IMG/VR virus record: IMGVR_UViG_3300027754_000039
Location: 64,001-128,000 of that record
Source: a virus
Direction: 5' to 3' (one strand)
DNA length: 64,000 bases
In this document: piece by piece, positions 1 to 10,362 of the stretch
Position numbering within the stretch: the first letter of the stretch is position 1
Layout of the letters: every line of letters begins with the position of its first letter
The notes under the pieces: model-generated
Seen by the model: the letters and a program-made list of their open reading frames with translations, nothing else
Databases searched by the model: none
What the model was told of the DNA's origin: nothing
Position numbers and translations under genes: made by a program

Positions 1-1169
1 ACATTAATCATAATTTTACTAGCATCTCCTGTTCCGTTTTCACCTTTAAATGCAGCATCAGTATCTCCAAATGTAAATACTTTACTTCCTGGAAAATTGC
101 CGGCGCCGTCGCCATAGTCAGCGAACCCCGGAAATATACATTCTCCCGGATTTGCTGATACAAAAGCAACTAATGTAGGTATCGAAACTTTAGTCCAATC
201 TTTATTACATTGTATTACAATTTCTTTAAATTTATAATCTTTTGCTATCTTTGCTTTAGCTCCTGATGCATTTTTATATAATTTATTAATAATAAATACT
301 AACTTTTCCAATGTAATGTAATATTGAGCGGTTGCTTCTTGTGCTGGCTTATCCGCAGAAGCTTCTTGATTTTCTTCTTCTTGCACTGCTGGCATATGAG
401 CCCAATCGGTTGGAAATTTAATTGCGCCAATTCCATACGTCTCATTAACTGAATCTACTACTGGTTCTGGGGTTGATGCTAATTGCACAAACCCATTAAC
501 ATTTTGACATATAGTTAATGCTGGAAATATTTCTTCGTCTGCTCCCTTAATTGTAATATCGCCTGCACTGTCGGCCGCTTTAGCACTACCGCCTAACGGA
601 TTTAATCCTTTTCCCATAGCTTGGCAACTGCAATCAAATCCTCCATTTTCATTAACGGTATAATTAAAATTATATATAGTTCCTGTAAAATTGCCTGGAG
701 GGCCAGACGCTGCTGACGGTATTGACCATCCATAATATAACGTTACTTCATTTCCTAGAGTTAAAAATGGTATGTATGTATTTAATTGTGCTATGGAATA
801 TACCGTAAATGTTAAATCTGCTTTTTTAATAGTACCAAAATCTCCATCGCTTGAAATATGTACTGTATTGATGTGTGGCTTAGGTATATATCTGCCGCTG
901 TCTACTGAAGTAACTGTTCCTGTTCCTTGATATAAACCACTTGATCCTTTTTGTATATGACCAGCTTTATTTTTTTTAGAAAATGATAATCCACCACCTT
1001 GAGGCGGAGATAATGATATTCCTTCACATTTAGCAGTAGCTACTGCCATTTTTTTCAGCAACCAATTATGTGCCGATTGATCACGAACTTCGGCATTGTA
1101 ATATGCTTTACGTGCATTTAAGGCACTTTGAACGTTACCCGGTGTTGGTGTGAAAAATACTGTTGCCAT
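1..1169 (-). CDS. Baseplate hub-like protein (gp27/gpD-like), runs off the window start; missing from the ORF track
   Basis: Hand translation from ATG 1169 (TAATG overlap with the upstream stop): MATVFFTPTPGNVQSALNARK...LTLGNEVTLYYGWS...FTGTIYNFNYTVNENGGFDCSCQAMG, open to the window edge. Follows a LysM/gpX-like gene, the usual hub position. Confidence 0.6.
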   Translation of the reverse strand, partial: MATVFFTPTPGNVQSALNARKAYYNAEVRDQSAHNWLLKKMAVATAKCEGISLSPPQGGGLSFSKKNKAGHIQKGSSGLYQGTGTVTSVDSGRYIPKPHINTVHISSDGDFGTIKKADLTFTVYSIAQLNTYIPFLTLGNEVTLYYGWSIPSAASGPPGNFTGTIYNFNYTVNENGGFDCSCQAMGKGLNPLGGSAKAADSAGDITIKGADEEIFPALTICQNVNGFVQLASTPEPVVDSVNETYGIGAIKFPTDWAHMPAVQEEENQEASADKPAQEATAQYYITLEKLVFIINKLYKNASGAKAKIAKDYKFKEIVIQCNKDWTKVSIPTLVAFVSANPGECIFPGFADYGDGAGNFPGSKVFTFGDTDAAFKGENGTGDASKIMIN

Positions 1170-1489
1170 TATCGAGAATTATTTGCATCTTGAAATTGAA
1201 CTAAAGCATCTTGATAATCTCTAGGAACTCTTACTTGAATGCCTGGCTCTAAATAAACCGAATCTCTTCGTAAGCTAGGATTTGCAGCTGCTATTATCCA
1301 CCATAAATTAGCATCTTGATAATATTTAGAAGCTAGCAAATCTAATCGCTCTCCAATACTCGTAACGACATATACATCATCTGTTGATCTTTCAATTGTA
1401 GGATCAATTAAGGTTGCATAGTATCTTTTTTTATTATCAACATCTAAACTAGTGTTTTGGTTGAATAAGTAGTTTTCGTATCTTGACAT
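1169..1489 (-). CDS. LysM/tail X-like baseplate protein
   Basis: GERLDLLASKYYQDANLWWIIAAANP is a LysM-like gpX/gp53 signature; lies downstream of the tape measure and tube initiator genes. Confidence 0.8.
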   Translation of the reverse strand: MSRYENYLFNQNTSLDVDNKKRYYATLIDPTIERSTDDVYVVTSIGERLDLLASKYYQDANLWWIIAAANPSLRRDSVYLEPGIQVRVPRDYQDALVQFQDANNSR

Positions 1490-1557
1490 TTATAATATAT
1501 ATTAAATTCTATTGGTTATCTTAAAAGTATTTTGCAGTTGCAAATCCTCCATTTGTA

Positions 1558-3954
1558 CTATTTAGCGAGGAAAAAATAACCAGTGGTGGACATTTTTAAT
1601 ACAGGAGCTGCAGCTCTTGTTTTTGGTTTATCTGCTTCCGTTTTAGCTTGTTTTGCTTTCTTTTCTTTACTAACTTGAGTAGGCTCTGCATCTGAAAGCC
1701 AATTTCCTGGCTTCGTACTTCCACCAAAAGGAGATAAACTATATACACGGCCTTTAAGCTGAGGACGATAATCGCCAATTACTTTAAACGTCATTGATAC
1801 ATCCATAGACAATGGCAATTGCTTTGCATTTGCATTTGTACCAGAATCTTCTGCTATATCCCAAGTAGTTTCGTCAGGTATAGTGTATGTAAGTGATTCA
1901 ATAAATCCTGGAGTTTGTTGAAATAAACTACCTATAGTAATACGCATAAATGGACCTCCTGGTTTGGTTCCTGAAGAAGTAAAGTCGGGCATTGTATATG
2001 AAGCTAAATAATTTAATTTACGCCACATAGGTACCATTTCTGCTCTTGATAAAGCATTTACTGTAAAATTAAATGATACAGACCGTTCAAATGAAGTATA
2101 TAAATAAGCTCCGTCAGGTCTACCCATTATATCAATACGATTCCATCCTGGAGAAAATGAATCTGAAAATCCGTTCATAGTACATCTAAATACCATTACA
2201 TTAGATCCAATATCACCATCTTCAAAATAAAATTTTATAAAATCTTCAGCTCCTGTTTTATAAACATTTTCCTTTGCTACATCTCCTATATCATAAGCAT
2301 TAACTTTATCTCCACGAAATCCTTTTTCATCAATTAAAATAGTTCTATTTTTTCCTAGATATTTATCTCCCGGAATTATATAATTGCTTGGATCGGTTCT
2401 GTCAGCTCCTATAGCTCCAGGAGTTCCAAATCCATATTTAGCTTCTAAATTATTTTTTGTATAATAATCTTTATTAGTGCCAGTACCTAAAATACTTTTT
2501 TCTTGAGTAGTCTTAGCATCAATATCATTACGAAAATCTCTAAATGACTTTTCGCCTTTATTTTTAGGTATTTTATTATACGCTAACGTTAGATAACTAT
2601 TAATATCCGTAGAAGGAGCATCTTTATATGCCTTTTCTCTAGAAGTAGACGTTGATAAATCTACTTTAGTAGAATTTAATTGGGCACCTGGTGTATAATT
2701 TGCTGTTTCTAATTTAGTTGCTAAGGTTTTAAGTTTAGACTGCGGTTTTATTCCTAAATCTATAGAGCTTTTAGTTCCTCTTAATGTACCAGCATAATTA
2801 TTTAAGTTACTTGAAGGATTAATTTTAGAAGCTTCTTGTACATTTTCAATTGAATTAGGTGTTGATACTGTATGCCTCTTAATATTTGTAATGCCAATTC
2901 CATACACAGATTGTGGGCCGGACAAACCTGATAGTGATAATATCGGCATTCCTAGCTGTACTAATGAAATCGCTGATATTGGTATTAAATTATCTGTTGC
3001 TCGGTTGTCTAATCCTAATTGTCTGCGTAATCCAATTAATCTATTCCCTGGCTGAGTTATCCCCGTTGGGTCGGCTACTGAATATGTTAATAACCCATTT
3101 TTAATTTTAGACACATTTTCATAGCTAGCTAATTCATTTGCAAACGGAATTCCATGACGAGTAAAGTGTAATCCTAAAGCTGTACCTGGAACTGATAATA
3201 GCGAAGCTACTCCGGTATGTATTCTTGTTTGTCGAGTTAATGGCCCTCCAATAGTTTCTACTTTAGGATTGGTTAAGCCTAAACCTATTTGTTTAACTAT
3301 CCATAAAAGACCTTTAGGCGAAGCCATAAATTTAGCAATACGTGCTGTATCTGCTACAATTCTATCTGCAACAGTTACTGCACCGCCTCTAATCAATCCA
3401 TCGTCAAATCCTGACTTAGATCCAAACCCCCAATATTGAGGTTTTTCATTTCCTTTACGCTGAATACCTCTTAAGATGTAAGGCTGTTGCATATACGTGG
3501 TATTATGCGACTCATCTCTTAAATTGTATTTTTTATATTCCTCGTCAATAGCTGATGGCGAATTTTGTTCCGTAGACTTAGCATATAAAAGACTTTTATT
3601 TGATTGACCAGATATACTAGCAACCACGCTATTGTATGTGTTAGAAGTACTATATCCTTGTACAGAGAATATTTTGCTGGTTAAAGCATTATTTTTTAAA
3701 TATCTAAACGGAGACCCATTACCTAATTGATTAATTAATGTAGCAGTACCAATAGCAAATTTGCTATTACCCATAGATATTTCTTTTTTATAATCAAAGG
3801 TATCTAACTTAGAAGGTCTAGCTCCATTAGCACTGAACTCTGCAGGTACTTCGTCGATATTATATTTCGAAGCATTAACCTTGTTTTCTAAAGACGGAGT
3901 TTTGAAATCCGAACGAAATTTTGATAAATCAGATTTTATATCTATTAATGCCAT
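1558..3954 (-). CDS. Tail tube initiator/baseplate hub-associated protein
   Basis: C-terminal FSDSFSPGWNRIDIMGRPDGAYLYTSFERSVSFNF...GPFMRITIGSLF...GFIESL resembles contractile-tail tube-initiator folds; directly after the tape measure gene. Confidence 0.6.
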   Translation of the reverse strand: MALIDIKSDLSKFRSDFKTPSLENKVNASKYNIDEVPAEFSANGARPSKLDTFDYKKEISMGNSKFAIGTATLINQLGNGSPFRYLKNNALTSKIFSVQGYSTSNTYNSVVASISGQSNKSLLYAKSTEQNSPSAIDEEYKKYNLRDESHNTTYMQQPYILRGIQRKGNEKPQYWGFGSKSGFDDGLIRGGAVTVADRIVADTARIAKFMASPKGLLWIVKQIGLGLTNPKVETIGGPLTRQTRIHTGVASLLSVPGTALGLHFTRHGIPFANELASYENVSKIKNGLLTYSVADPTGITQPGNRLIGLRRQLGLDNRATDNLIPISAISLVQLGMPILSLSGLSGPQSVYGIGITNIKRHTVSTPNSIENVQEASKINPSSNLNNYAGTLRGTKSSIDLGIKPQSKLKTLATKLETANYTPGAQLNSTKVDLSTSTSREKAYKDAPSTDINSYLTLAYNKIPKNKGEKSFRDFRNDIDAKTTQEKSILGTGTNKDYYTKNNLEAKYGFGTPGAIGADRTDPSNYIIPGDKYLGKNRTILIDEKGFRGDKVNAYDIGDVAKENVYKTGAEDFIKFYFEDGDIGSNVMVFRCTMNGFSDSFSPGWNRIDIMGRPDGAYLYTSFERSVSFNFTVNALSRAEMVPMWRKLNYLASYTMPDFTSSGTKPGGPFMRITIGSLFQQTPGFIESLTYTIPDETTWDIAEDSGTNANAKQLPLSMDVSMTFKVIGDYRPQLKGRVYSLSPFGGSTKPGNWLSDAEPTQVSKEKKAKQAKTEADKPKTRAAAPVLKMSTTGYFFLAK

Positions 3955-3970
3955 AATATTATATTAATAA

Positions 3971-6900
3971 TTATCCAAAGGCGCTATAACCTCTATCTGT
4001 TTTTGTAGTGTACGTTTTCTTCAATGAAGTTTGTTTTTCTATTTCATCCATTACACGGCCGCCAATATTAAAGTGAACTGGTTGATCGACTTTAGCTATT
4101 AATTGTTTCAATAGCGAAGCTATTTCAGAGCTTCCTCCACCACCGCCGGCGCCTTTGGCTCCGCCTTCTAAATTGGTACCTGCCATTATTAAATCGCCTT
4201 TATCAAAAGTTACTGGAGGTTGGCCTGGACGAATTAAAGCGTCTTTAACTGCTAATGCTTTAGGTGCTGCTGCCTTTGCCGGAGACTTTGCACTTCCTCC
4301 TAAAGCCATGTTTCCTAATCCTGACAATGCGTCATTAGGTATTAATTCAAGTAAATGATCTGTTACCCATTTTATTGGAGACCACCCAAACATACCTAAA
4401 ATTCCGTCAGCAATACTAATAGCAGTACCAAATCCTGGTATAAAATTTATTGCGCCGTTAACTATCGGATAAGCAGCTTCTTTTAAAATATCTTTACCTA
4501 ATTTACCAGAATCGACTTTTTTACCTGAAGCTTGCGATTCTCTTGCTGAAGAAATTAAATTAGCTACTCCGCCAATGGATTGTGCTATAGCTAAAATAGG
4601 TCCTAGAAATTTACCAATTACTTTTAGTGGGGCGCCTAATTTACCTAATAGTCCAGATTTTCCAGCACCGCCTGCTGCTGCTCCAGCTCCTTTAGCTGCA
4701 ACTTTACTACCTCCACTTACCGTTGCCTTTACTCCTTCAGCTACACCTTTAATTCCTCCAGATACGCCTTTAACTCCGCCTTTAATTTTATCTATCATTC
4801 CACCGGAGCCTATTCCCATTGCAGATTTAGCTATTCCTTTAATTCCGCCAGATTGTTTAAACATTCTGCCGGCGGATTTCATCAATCCTTTAATTCCACC
4901 TTTCTTAAAAGCTTTAAATAAACGTTTAGCTCCTTTAAGACCTTTTTTAGCTTTACCGCCTATATCATCTTCATCTCCGCCTTCTCCTCCTCCTTCACCC
5001 ATTCCTCCTCCTCCTTTTAAATTTTCAACAATCGTATGTGTTGGATTTCCTTTTTCTCCTAATTTTGCACCAAAAAATTCTTTAACTTTCTTAAAAGCGG
5101 CTTTTACTGCAATTGCTCCAACTCCAATACCTACAGCAGCTTTCATTATTCCTCCCGATCCTTCGGGCATAAAGGTTTTAACAAATTTTTTGATTCCGCC
5201 TACCATTTTACCCATAAACTCAAATGCTTTGCCCAATCCACTAACTAGCATTTCTATAGGGCCTGAAGCTATTTGATCGAATAATGTATACATTTTATCA
5301 ATCATTGTATTCATTTTCTCTTGCGCGGAAGCAGCTTGTTCATCTCTAATTCCTTTGTCAATTTCTTCTTGAGACATGATTTTTTGAGTAACTAAGCGCT
5401 GCTGTTCTGCTTTAGATAAATTTTTTAAACTCTTAACACCGAACATTGAATTCATTTTTTCAAGCTGGCCTGCTTTCATTATTTGCTCAACTGTCATACC
5501 AGCTGCGTCTGCTACTGCTTTTTTCTGCAGTACATCCATTTTCTGAAATTTATCAAATGAACCTGCTTGCTTAAGAGCTTCAGCAGCAGCGCCGGCTGTA
5601 TCTCCCATCAATGCTAATTCTCTGGCTTTATTCATATTAATATGCTGACCAGTCATAACACTTGCTTTCATTTCAGCTTCAATGCTAGATTCAAAGTCTA
5701 ATAGGCTATTAGACACTGCTTCTGTCTCTGCCATTGTCATACCTAATTTTTTAGCTTGAATTACTGCTCTTGTTAATGCAGTGACATCTCCTTTATAGTT
5801 AGCTAATGTAGATTTTGAAGATTTAGCAATGTCTTGTTGAATTTCTCTTACTGATAAAGAGTCTCCTGAGAGTTTATTATATTCTTCTACAGATCCTTTA
5901 ATATGCATTAAATTTTCTTCCGCGGACTTACCAGTGCCAATAGATGTCATTTGAAACTCTTTAGCTTCGTCATTTGACATACCAAATTGCTTTGTTAAAA
6001 GTACTTGAGAATCTAATATTTTTTGTTGATTTGCTACATTAGTACCCATTGTTCCTTCCAATGCACTAAATGCTTCATTATAATCTTTTTGATTAGCTCC
6101 TAAAACTTTACTTGCCATTGAAGCGTCTTGCAATGATGTATGTATGTCATGAGCTTTGTCAGATGTAACTCCTAAACTACGTTGCATATCAACAAGCTCT
6201 TGATTAAGATGCATCGCTCTTTTAATACCTAATCCAATACCAGCAACAATACCTAACTTAATACCTGAAGTTGCTATTTCCATTATACTCTTTTTAGGAG
6301 CGGCTAATGAAGCATTAAATCGTTTTCCAATAGATTCCTCCATGGACGATCCTAATTTTTCAAAAGCTTTTAAAGGATTTTTTATAGCATCTGTAATACT
6401 TTTAAATGTTTTTAATCGTTCTGCAGCTACTTTATTAAGTTTTTGTGATTCTTTAGTTTGATCTTGTAATCCTTTATATTGATTTTTTTGATTTCTTAAT
6501 TGATCTAATTGTACTTTAAGCGTTTCTTCATCTTTTGCATTGCCACTTTTTCTAGCTTTTGTAATATTTTGTGCTGTATCTAAAATTTCACTGTCAATAT
6601 CACTTATTTGACCTTTAACGTCAAGTTCTTTATAAAGTTCTGTTCCGTAAGATTTTTCATTTTTTAATCTAACTTCCGAAGCTTTAATAAATTCTTTGTT
6701 TCGTTTAGCTATATTTTCATTAATAGCTTCTTGGTCTTCTTTTGCTTTTGAAATTTCTTCTTCAATTTCAAATGATCTTTGCTGTTTGTCTAAAGCGTCT
6801 TCAGCAGCTTTATCTCGCTTTGCGTCAGCTTCTTCCCATAATTTTGAAACTGTTTTAATGTACTCAGCATCGTTTTTTGATTTAGACGAGTCTTTTGCTG

Positions 6901-7000
6901 CAGCTGGTTTACCGGGTTGTTTACCGGTTCCCATTGATTTTATTAAATTATGAATAGATTTAGTTAAATCTTGAATATCTTTTGAACTTGCAGCTGCCAT
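3971..7000 (-). CDS. Tape measure protein
   Basis: 1009 aa, helical/coiled-coil N-terminal half, Gly/Ala/Lys-rich hydrophobic C-terminal half; between the chaperone and baseplate genes. Confidence 0.85.
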   Translation of the reverse strand: MAAASSKDIQDLTKSIHNLIKSMGTGKQPGKPAAAKDSSKSKNDAEYIKTVSKLWEEADAKRDKAAEDALDKQQRSFEIEEEISKAKEDQEAINENIAKRNKEFIKASEVRLKNEKSYGTELYKELDVKGQISDIDSEILDTAQNITKARKSGNAKDEETLKVQLDQLRNQKNQYKGLQDQTKESQKLNKVAAERLKTFKSITDAIKNPLKAFEKLGSSMEESIGKRFNASLAAPKKSIMEIATSGIKLGIVAGIGLGIKRAMHLNQELVDMQRSLGVTSDKAHDIHTSLQDASMASKVLGANQKDYNEAFSALEGTMGTNVANQQKILDSQVLLTKQFGMSNDEAKEFQMTSIGTGKSAEENLMHIKGSVEEYNKLSGDSLSVREIQQDIAKSSKSTLANYKGDVTALTRAVIQAKKLGMTMAETEAVSNSLLDFESSIEAEMKASVMTGQHINMNKARELALMGDTAGAAAEALKQAGSFDKFQKMDVLQKKAVADAAGMTVEQIMKAGQLEKMNSMFGVKSLKNLSKAEQQRLVTQKIMSQEEIDKGIRDEQAASAQEKMNTMIDKMYTLFDQIASGPIEMLVSGLGKAFEFMGKMVGGIKKFVKTFMPEGSGGIMKAAVGIGVGAIAVKAAFKKVKEFFGAKLGEKGNPTHTIVENLKGGGGMGEGGGEGGDEDDIGGKAKKGLKGAKRLFKAFKKGGIKGLMKSAGRMFKQSGGIKGIAKSAMGIGSGGMIDKIKGGVKGVSGGIKGVAEGVKATVSGGSKVAAKGAGAAAGGAGKSGLLGKLGAPLKVIGKFLGPILAIAQSIGGVANLISSARESQASGKKVDSGKLGKDILKEAAYPIVNGAINFIPGFGTAISIADGILGMFGWSPIKWVTDHLLELIPNDALSGLGNMALGGSAKSPAKAAAPKALAVKDALIRPGQPPVTFDKGDLIMAGTNLEGGAKGAGGGGGSSEIASLLKQLIAKVDQPVHFNIGGRVMDEIEKQTSLKKTYTTKTDRGYSAFG

Positions 7001-7011
7001 TTAAAATTATT

Positions 7012-7359
7012 TTAGTATTTCAATGGTTTTGTTGATTTTAATGTACGCGTATTTTTTGAATCTTTATCTCCACGAGTTAATTTATCATATTGATCTTGCA
7101 ATTTTTTAGCTTTTATTGCTAATTTTTTTTGTAATGAATCTATTTCTTTAATTTTAGCTATAGATGCTTTGTACTCTGGAGTATTGCGCATATTAACAGC
7201 TGACATATGTAAAAATGGACCTAAAATAGCATCTACTAACATATCAATTAATCCTTCAGAAAGTAGTGAAGCTTTTAAAGCAGATTTTTGTTCTTCAAAT
7301 CGGTCGATTTGTTTTGTCGTGATTGTTAACTCACGCAATATTGATTTAGTAGAATTCAT
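7012..7359 (-). CDS. Hypothetical protein with ILRE/LLSE putative cleavage motifs
   Basis: 115-aa ORF with an ATATTTAT motif about 12 nt upstream. Confidence 0.6.
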   Translation of the reverse strand: MNSTKSILRELTITTKQIDRFEEQKSALKASLLSEGLIDMLVDAILGPFLHMSAVNMRNTPEYKASIAKIKEIDSLQKKLAIKAKKLQDQYDKLTRGDKDSKNTRTLKSTKPLKY

Positions 7360-7389
7360 ATAAATCTTTTATATAAATATCATAAACAG

Positions 7390-7630
7390 TTATTTCTTAT
7401 TAACTATTGGAGGAGAAGCCAGTCTCTTACTAGACTGTTCTTTAGAATTAGGATTTGCAGCTTTCTTTTCTGCTTCACGAGTTTCAACTAGTTTTTTAAT
7501 GTAAAACTTCCTTAGCCATATAGGCATAGAATATACATCATTCCAGTTAAATCCGCCGTGTGAATGATAAATTAAAGTAAAGATTTCTTCGTGAAGAACG
7601 GGCTTATAGCTAGGCTCCAGGCCAAAAAAA
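7390..7630 (-). CDS. Tail assembly chaperone C-terminal (T/gp51-like) segment, probably reached by frameshift
   Basis: EEIFTLIYHSHGGFNWNDVYSMPIWLRKFY resembles GT/gp51-type chaperone tails; overlaps the end of the upstream ORF in the +1 frame at a T7 run. Confidence 0.6.
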
Positions 7631-8476
7631 CTGGGTCGTAATGGGAAACTCCTCTTCTGCTTCGTGGCCGCAGTGAGGACATTCAAAACTATAATTCAAT
7701 GGCATATCAGGTGCTACTTCTTTAATTTGTCCACGAAGTATTCTAGAGTCAGTAGCAAACAATTCATTATCAACAAAGTTATTAATATAGTCTTGAGTGG
7801 TGTTCTCATCAACTGATACTATTAATCGTTTCAATCTGGTAGTTAATTCTGTATCGACAGTGTCTTTCTTAGCTGTCTTTTTCATAGCTGTTAATTGTTT
7901 GTCAATTTCATTATCAATACCTTGAGTTAAAAGTTGAAATATAACTTTTCTTTTAGTAGCTGGCAATTCAATTTCAAAACGATTAGGCGCTATCATTTTA
8001 GCTAGTCCATCTACAGTAACTTCTTTAGGAGTTAATGTCGTTAAATCAATAACATGATCTGACGAACGTTCACAACTTGGGCAAGACATACTAAATTCAT
8101 AGTCTTTACCATATCCTAAAACTCTAGCTGCAACCATAATAGCATTTTTGTCTCCTACTACAATATCATTGTAATTAATAGGTGATATTATCATTGATTG
8201 AAATAACTTATCCAAAACAATTCCTTGACGAATTAAATTTTGAGAAGTTAAAATATCTTCTTCACGAGCAGTCATGTATTTCATTTCTATCTTACCCGAT
8301 GCTAATGGATGACCTTCAGGATATAATACTCCTTTAGAAGGCAAATCTATAACCTCTGTTGGGAAGTTAGTTTTTTTGATTTCTTGCTGCTTGTAGTTTT
8401 GAAGAGCTAATTGTTTAATTTGCTCATCGGACATTTCCATGTCCTTTTTAGGGTAATTGTCGTTAACCGTTGCCAT
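7610..8476 (-). CDS. Tail assembly chaperone / T4 gp26-like baseplate hub assembly protein
   Basis: FPTEVIDLPSKG...KYMTAREEDIL plus two CxxC pairs (CPSC, CPHC); between tube and tape measure genes. Confidence 0.75.
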   Translation of the reverse strand: MATVNDNYPKKDMEMSDEQIKQLALQNYKQQEIKKTNFPTEVIDLPSKGVLYPEGHPLASGKIEMKYMTAREEDILTSQNLIRQGIVLDKLFQSMIISPINYNDIVVGDKNAIMVAARVLGYGKDYEFSMSCPSCERSSDHVIDLTTLTPKEVTVDGLAKMIAPNRFEIELPATKRKVIFQLLTQGIDNEIDKQLTAMKKTAKKDTVDTELTTRLKRLIVSVDENTTQDYINNFVDNELFATDSRILRGQIKEVAPDMPLNYSFECPHCGHEAEEEFPITTQFFWPGA

Positions 8477-8515
8477 AAACTATATTATTTAATTTATTAT
8501 AAATATGTAATCAGT

Positions 8516-8539
8516 AAAAAAACTCTTATTGCTAAGAGC
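8516..8539 (-). terminator. Intrinsic terminator
   Basis: Minus strand GCTCTTA-GCAA-TAAGAGT then a U-run; GNRA loop. Confidence 0.75.
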
Positions 8540-8547
8540 TTACTTAA

Positions 8548-8772
8548 TTATTTTTTATCTAAAGTAGGTTTAAGTTCTCGTGTTAAAGTACTTAAAGCTT
8601 TTTTAGCATTTGAAGACATTGAGCTATATAATTTTGATTTTTGTATGCCGGTCCAATCAGCTATACCTTGCAAAATAGAATCTTCAATTCCTTCATAGGT
8701 ATGATCTAATTCTTCTTTAAGCGACTTTTTAATTTCTTGACGAATTAAATTTTGCAATTCTGATTGTTTCAT
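8548..8772 (-). CDS. Small probable head-associated protein
   Basis: N-terminal MKQSELQNLIRQEIKKSLKEE amphipathic motif ending in LKE; upstream promoter motif at 8785-8793. Confidence 0.6.
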   Translation of the reverse strand: MKQSELQNLIRQEIKKSLKEELDHTYEGIEDSILQGIADWTGIQKSKLYSSMSSNAKKALSTLTRELKPTLDKK

Positions 8773-8794
8773 TATATACTTTATTATAAATATC

Positions 8795-9655
8795 TTATTT
8801 AATAATTTCCATTAAATTTTTAACTACGTCAAATCGATTAGTTTTAATGTCATGTTCCCAAAAGCGTAAAAGCTGATATCCATTATCTAATGCAATTTTA
8901 TTTTTAGTTAGATCATGCTCAATAGTATGCTTTTGTGATTCATATACGGGTTGTATATTTAATGTTGGATTGCAGTGCCACCAATCTCCGTCAACTTCTA
9001 TTAATATGTTTTTATCTGGAATATAGAAATCATAATTATATCCATTAACTGTATACTGAAATATATACGAAACTCCTAAGCCATTTAGAATAGCTTGAAA
9101 TTCTTTTTCTAACTTAGTTTCATTTTTAATTAAATGAGTGCTCATATACTTAGACCTTCGAACTCTCTGAGCATCTCGATTTTCTTGATTACTCCAATAT
9201 TTTTGTCTATCAGTCTTAATCTTTGCAATATGCTCTGGCGATTTCTTTTTGCCTTTTAATCCGTCTGATATTTTCTTTCTGCGTTCTGAATTTTGTGCTG
9301 CTTCTACACAAGCTTTCATTTGCACATCCGTTTTAGATACTCCTTTATTCCATTGAATTCGTTCTCCAGAAGCAAATTGGTCTCTGCGAGTTTCTGCTGA
9401 TTTTTCTAGTCCTTTTTCGGAATAAAATCCTCCATTTATTCTTGCTGCATGTCCTCTAATATAATCTCCAAATCTACCTCCTTGAAAATTTAGTTTTTCC
9501 ATACAGCCACATTTACATAAAGGCCACTCTCCGTTTAAATTAAAATTTACATAGGTTTGAGCTCCAGATATTTTATGTATTCTAGAATTATGAGTTTGAA
9601 GACTTTTAAGACTATTAAAGTCTTTATTACATTGATTACAATTAAATTTTGTCAT
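8795..9655 (-). mobile_element. Free-standing homing endonuclease-like gene (C2H2 finger + NUMOD3-like + Vsr/DUF559-like nuclease)
   Basis: CNQC..H..RIH finger, KGKKKSPEHIAK NUMOD3-like repeat, YDFYIPDKNILIEVDGDWWH...GYQLLRFWEHDI nuclease motifs. Confidence 0.8.
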
Positions 9656-9660
9656 AAAAA

Positions 9661-9690
9661 AATTCCTTATATAAATAAATATAAGGAATT
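9661..9690 (-). promoter_or_regulatory. Perfect 12-bp hairpin: tube-gene terminator overlapping a promoter motif and the endonuclease start region
   Basis: AATTCCTTATAT-TTATTT-ATATAAGGAATT followed by TTTTT and the ATG at 9655. Confidence 0.7.
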
Positions 9691-9742
9691 CTTTTGTAAC
9701 TATTAAATTTGATAAAGTATTTTTACAATTATTTGATAAAAA

Positions 9743-10231
9743 TCAAAATTGCAAAATTGCATAATCATATTTCAATGTCAATTGAATATTGATTGCATCT
9801 TCTGTTCCCCAATCAAAGTCACCAAAGTTAGCGTCTCCGATAAATGCACCTTTTAAAGTCCATTCTTCAACTTTATCACCTACAGGTCCTAAAGCATTGA
9901 AAGTAATGTCTTTCTTGTAAAAGTCAGAATAACCATCACGACCAGTTACAGACTCATGAGATAAACGAACCCATTCCATTACAGCTTGAGCTGCTGACGG
10001 AACTACTGGATCATATAAAGTAATAGATACATCGTTCCAACGACCTTTACCTTTTAATTTTCTTTCTACGTTGATATGCTCTATTACCACATCACCGAAA
10101 GCGATTCCAGGACGATTTGTCGCTTTGATTAAGTATGCAGGGATACCTTCAATATACATAATGAAACGGTTTGCTACTTTTGGTTCAAAAGCGGTAAACA
10201 TTATTTCGGTTGGGTCTAATAATTCAGCCAT
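9743..10231 (-). CDS. gp19: Tail tube protein
   Basis: FEPKVANRFIMYIEGIPAYLIK...W.DVSITLYDPV...WTLKGAF...L.YDYA; adjacent to the sheath gene. Confidence 0.92.
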   Translation of the reverse strand: MAELLDPTEIMFTAFEPKVANRFIMYIEGIPAYLIKATNRPGIAFGDVVIEHINVERKLKGKGRWNDVSITLYDPVVPSAAQAVMEWVRLSHESVTGRDGYSDFYKKDITFNALGPVGDKVEEWTLKGAFIGDANFGDFDWGTEDAINIQLTLKYDYAILQF

Positions 10232-10362
10232 TTTATTTTAAATTTAAAGATTAATATTTCTTTCAATAATAACTACCATTTGTATTTATTTTCTTTTAAA
10301 AGTATAATGGTTTGTAAAAGATTTATATATTTATTATAGGAATTGAACCCTACGTAGAAAAT

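Noticed and set aside
4155-6953. Plus-strand ORFs inside the tape measure gene, including 233 aa at 4575-5276
   Set aside because: Antisense shadows of Gly/Lys/Ala-biased codons; Pro/Ile-rich low-complexity translations with no motif or promoter.
7604-7612. TAG read-through of the chaperone gene
   Set aside because: TAG CTA TAA gives a second stop two codons later; the conserved extension is in another frame.
10336-10362. Repressive hairpin before the plus-strand endonuclease
   Set aside because: Only a 4-bp stem (TAGG/CCTA) is possible, too weak to support.
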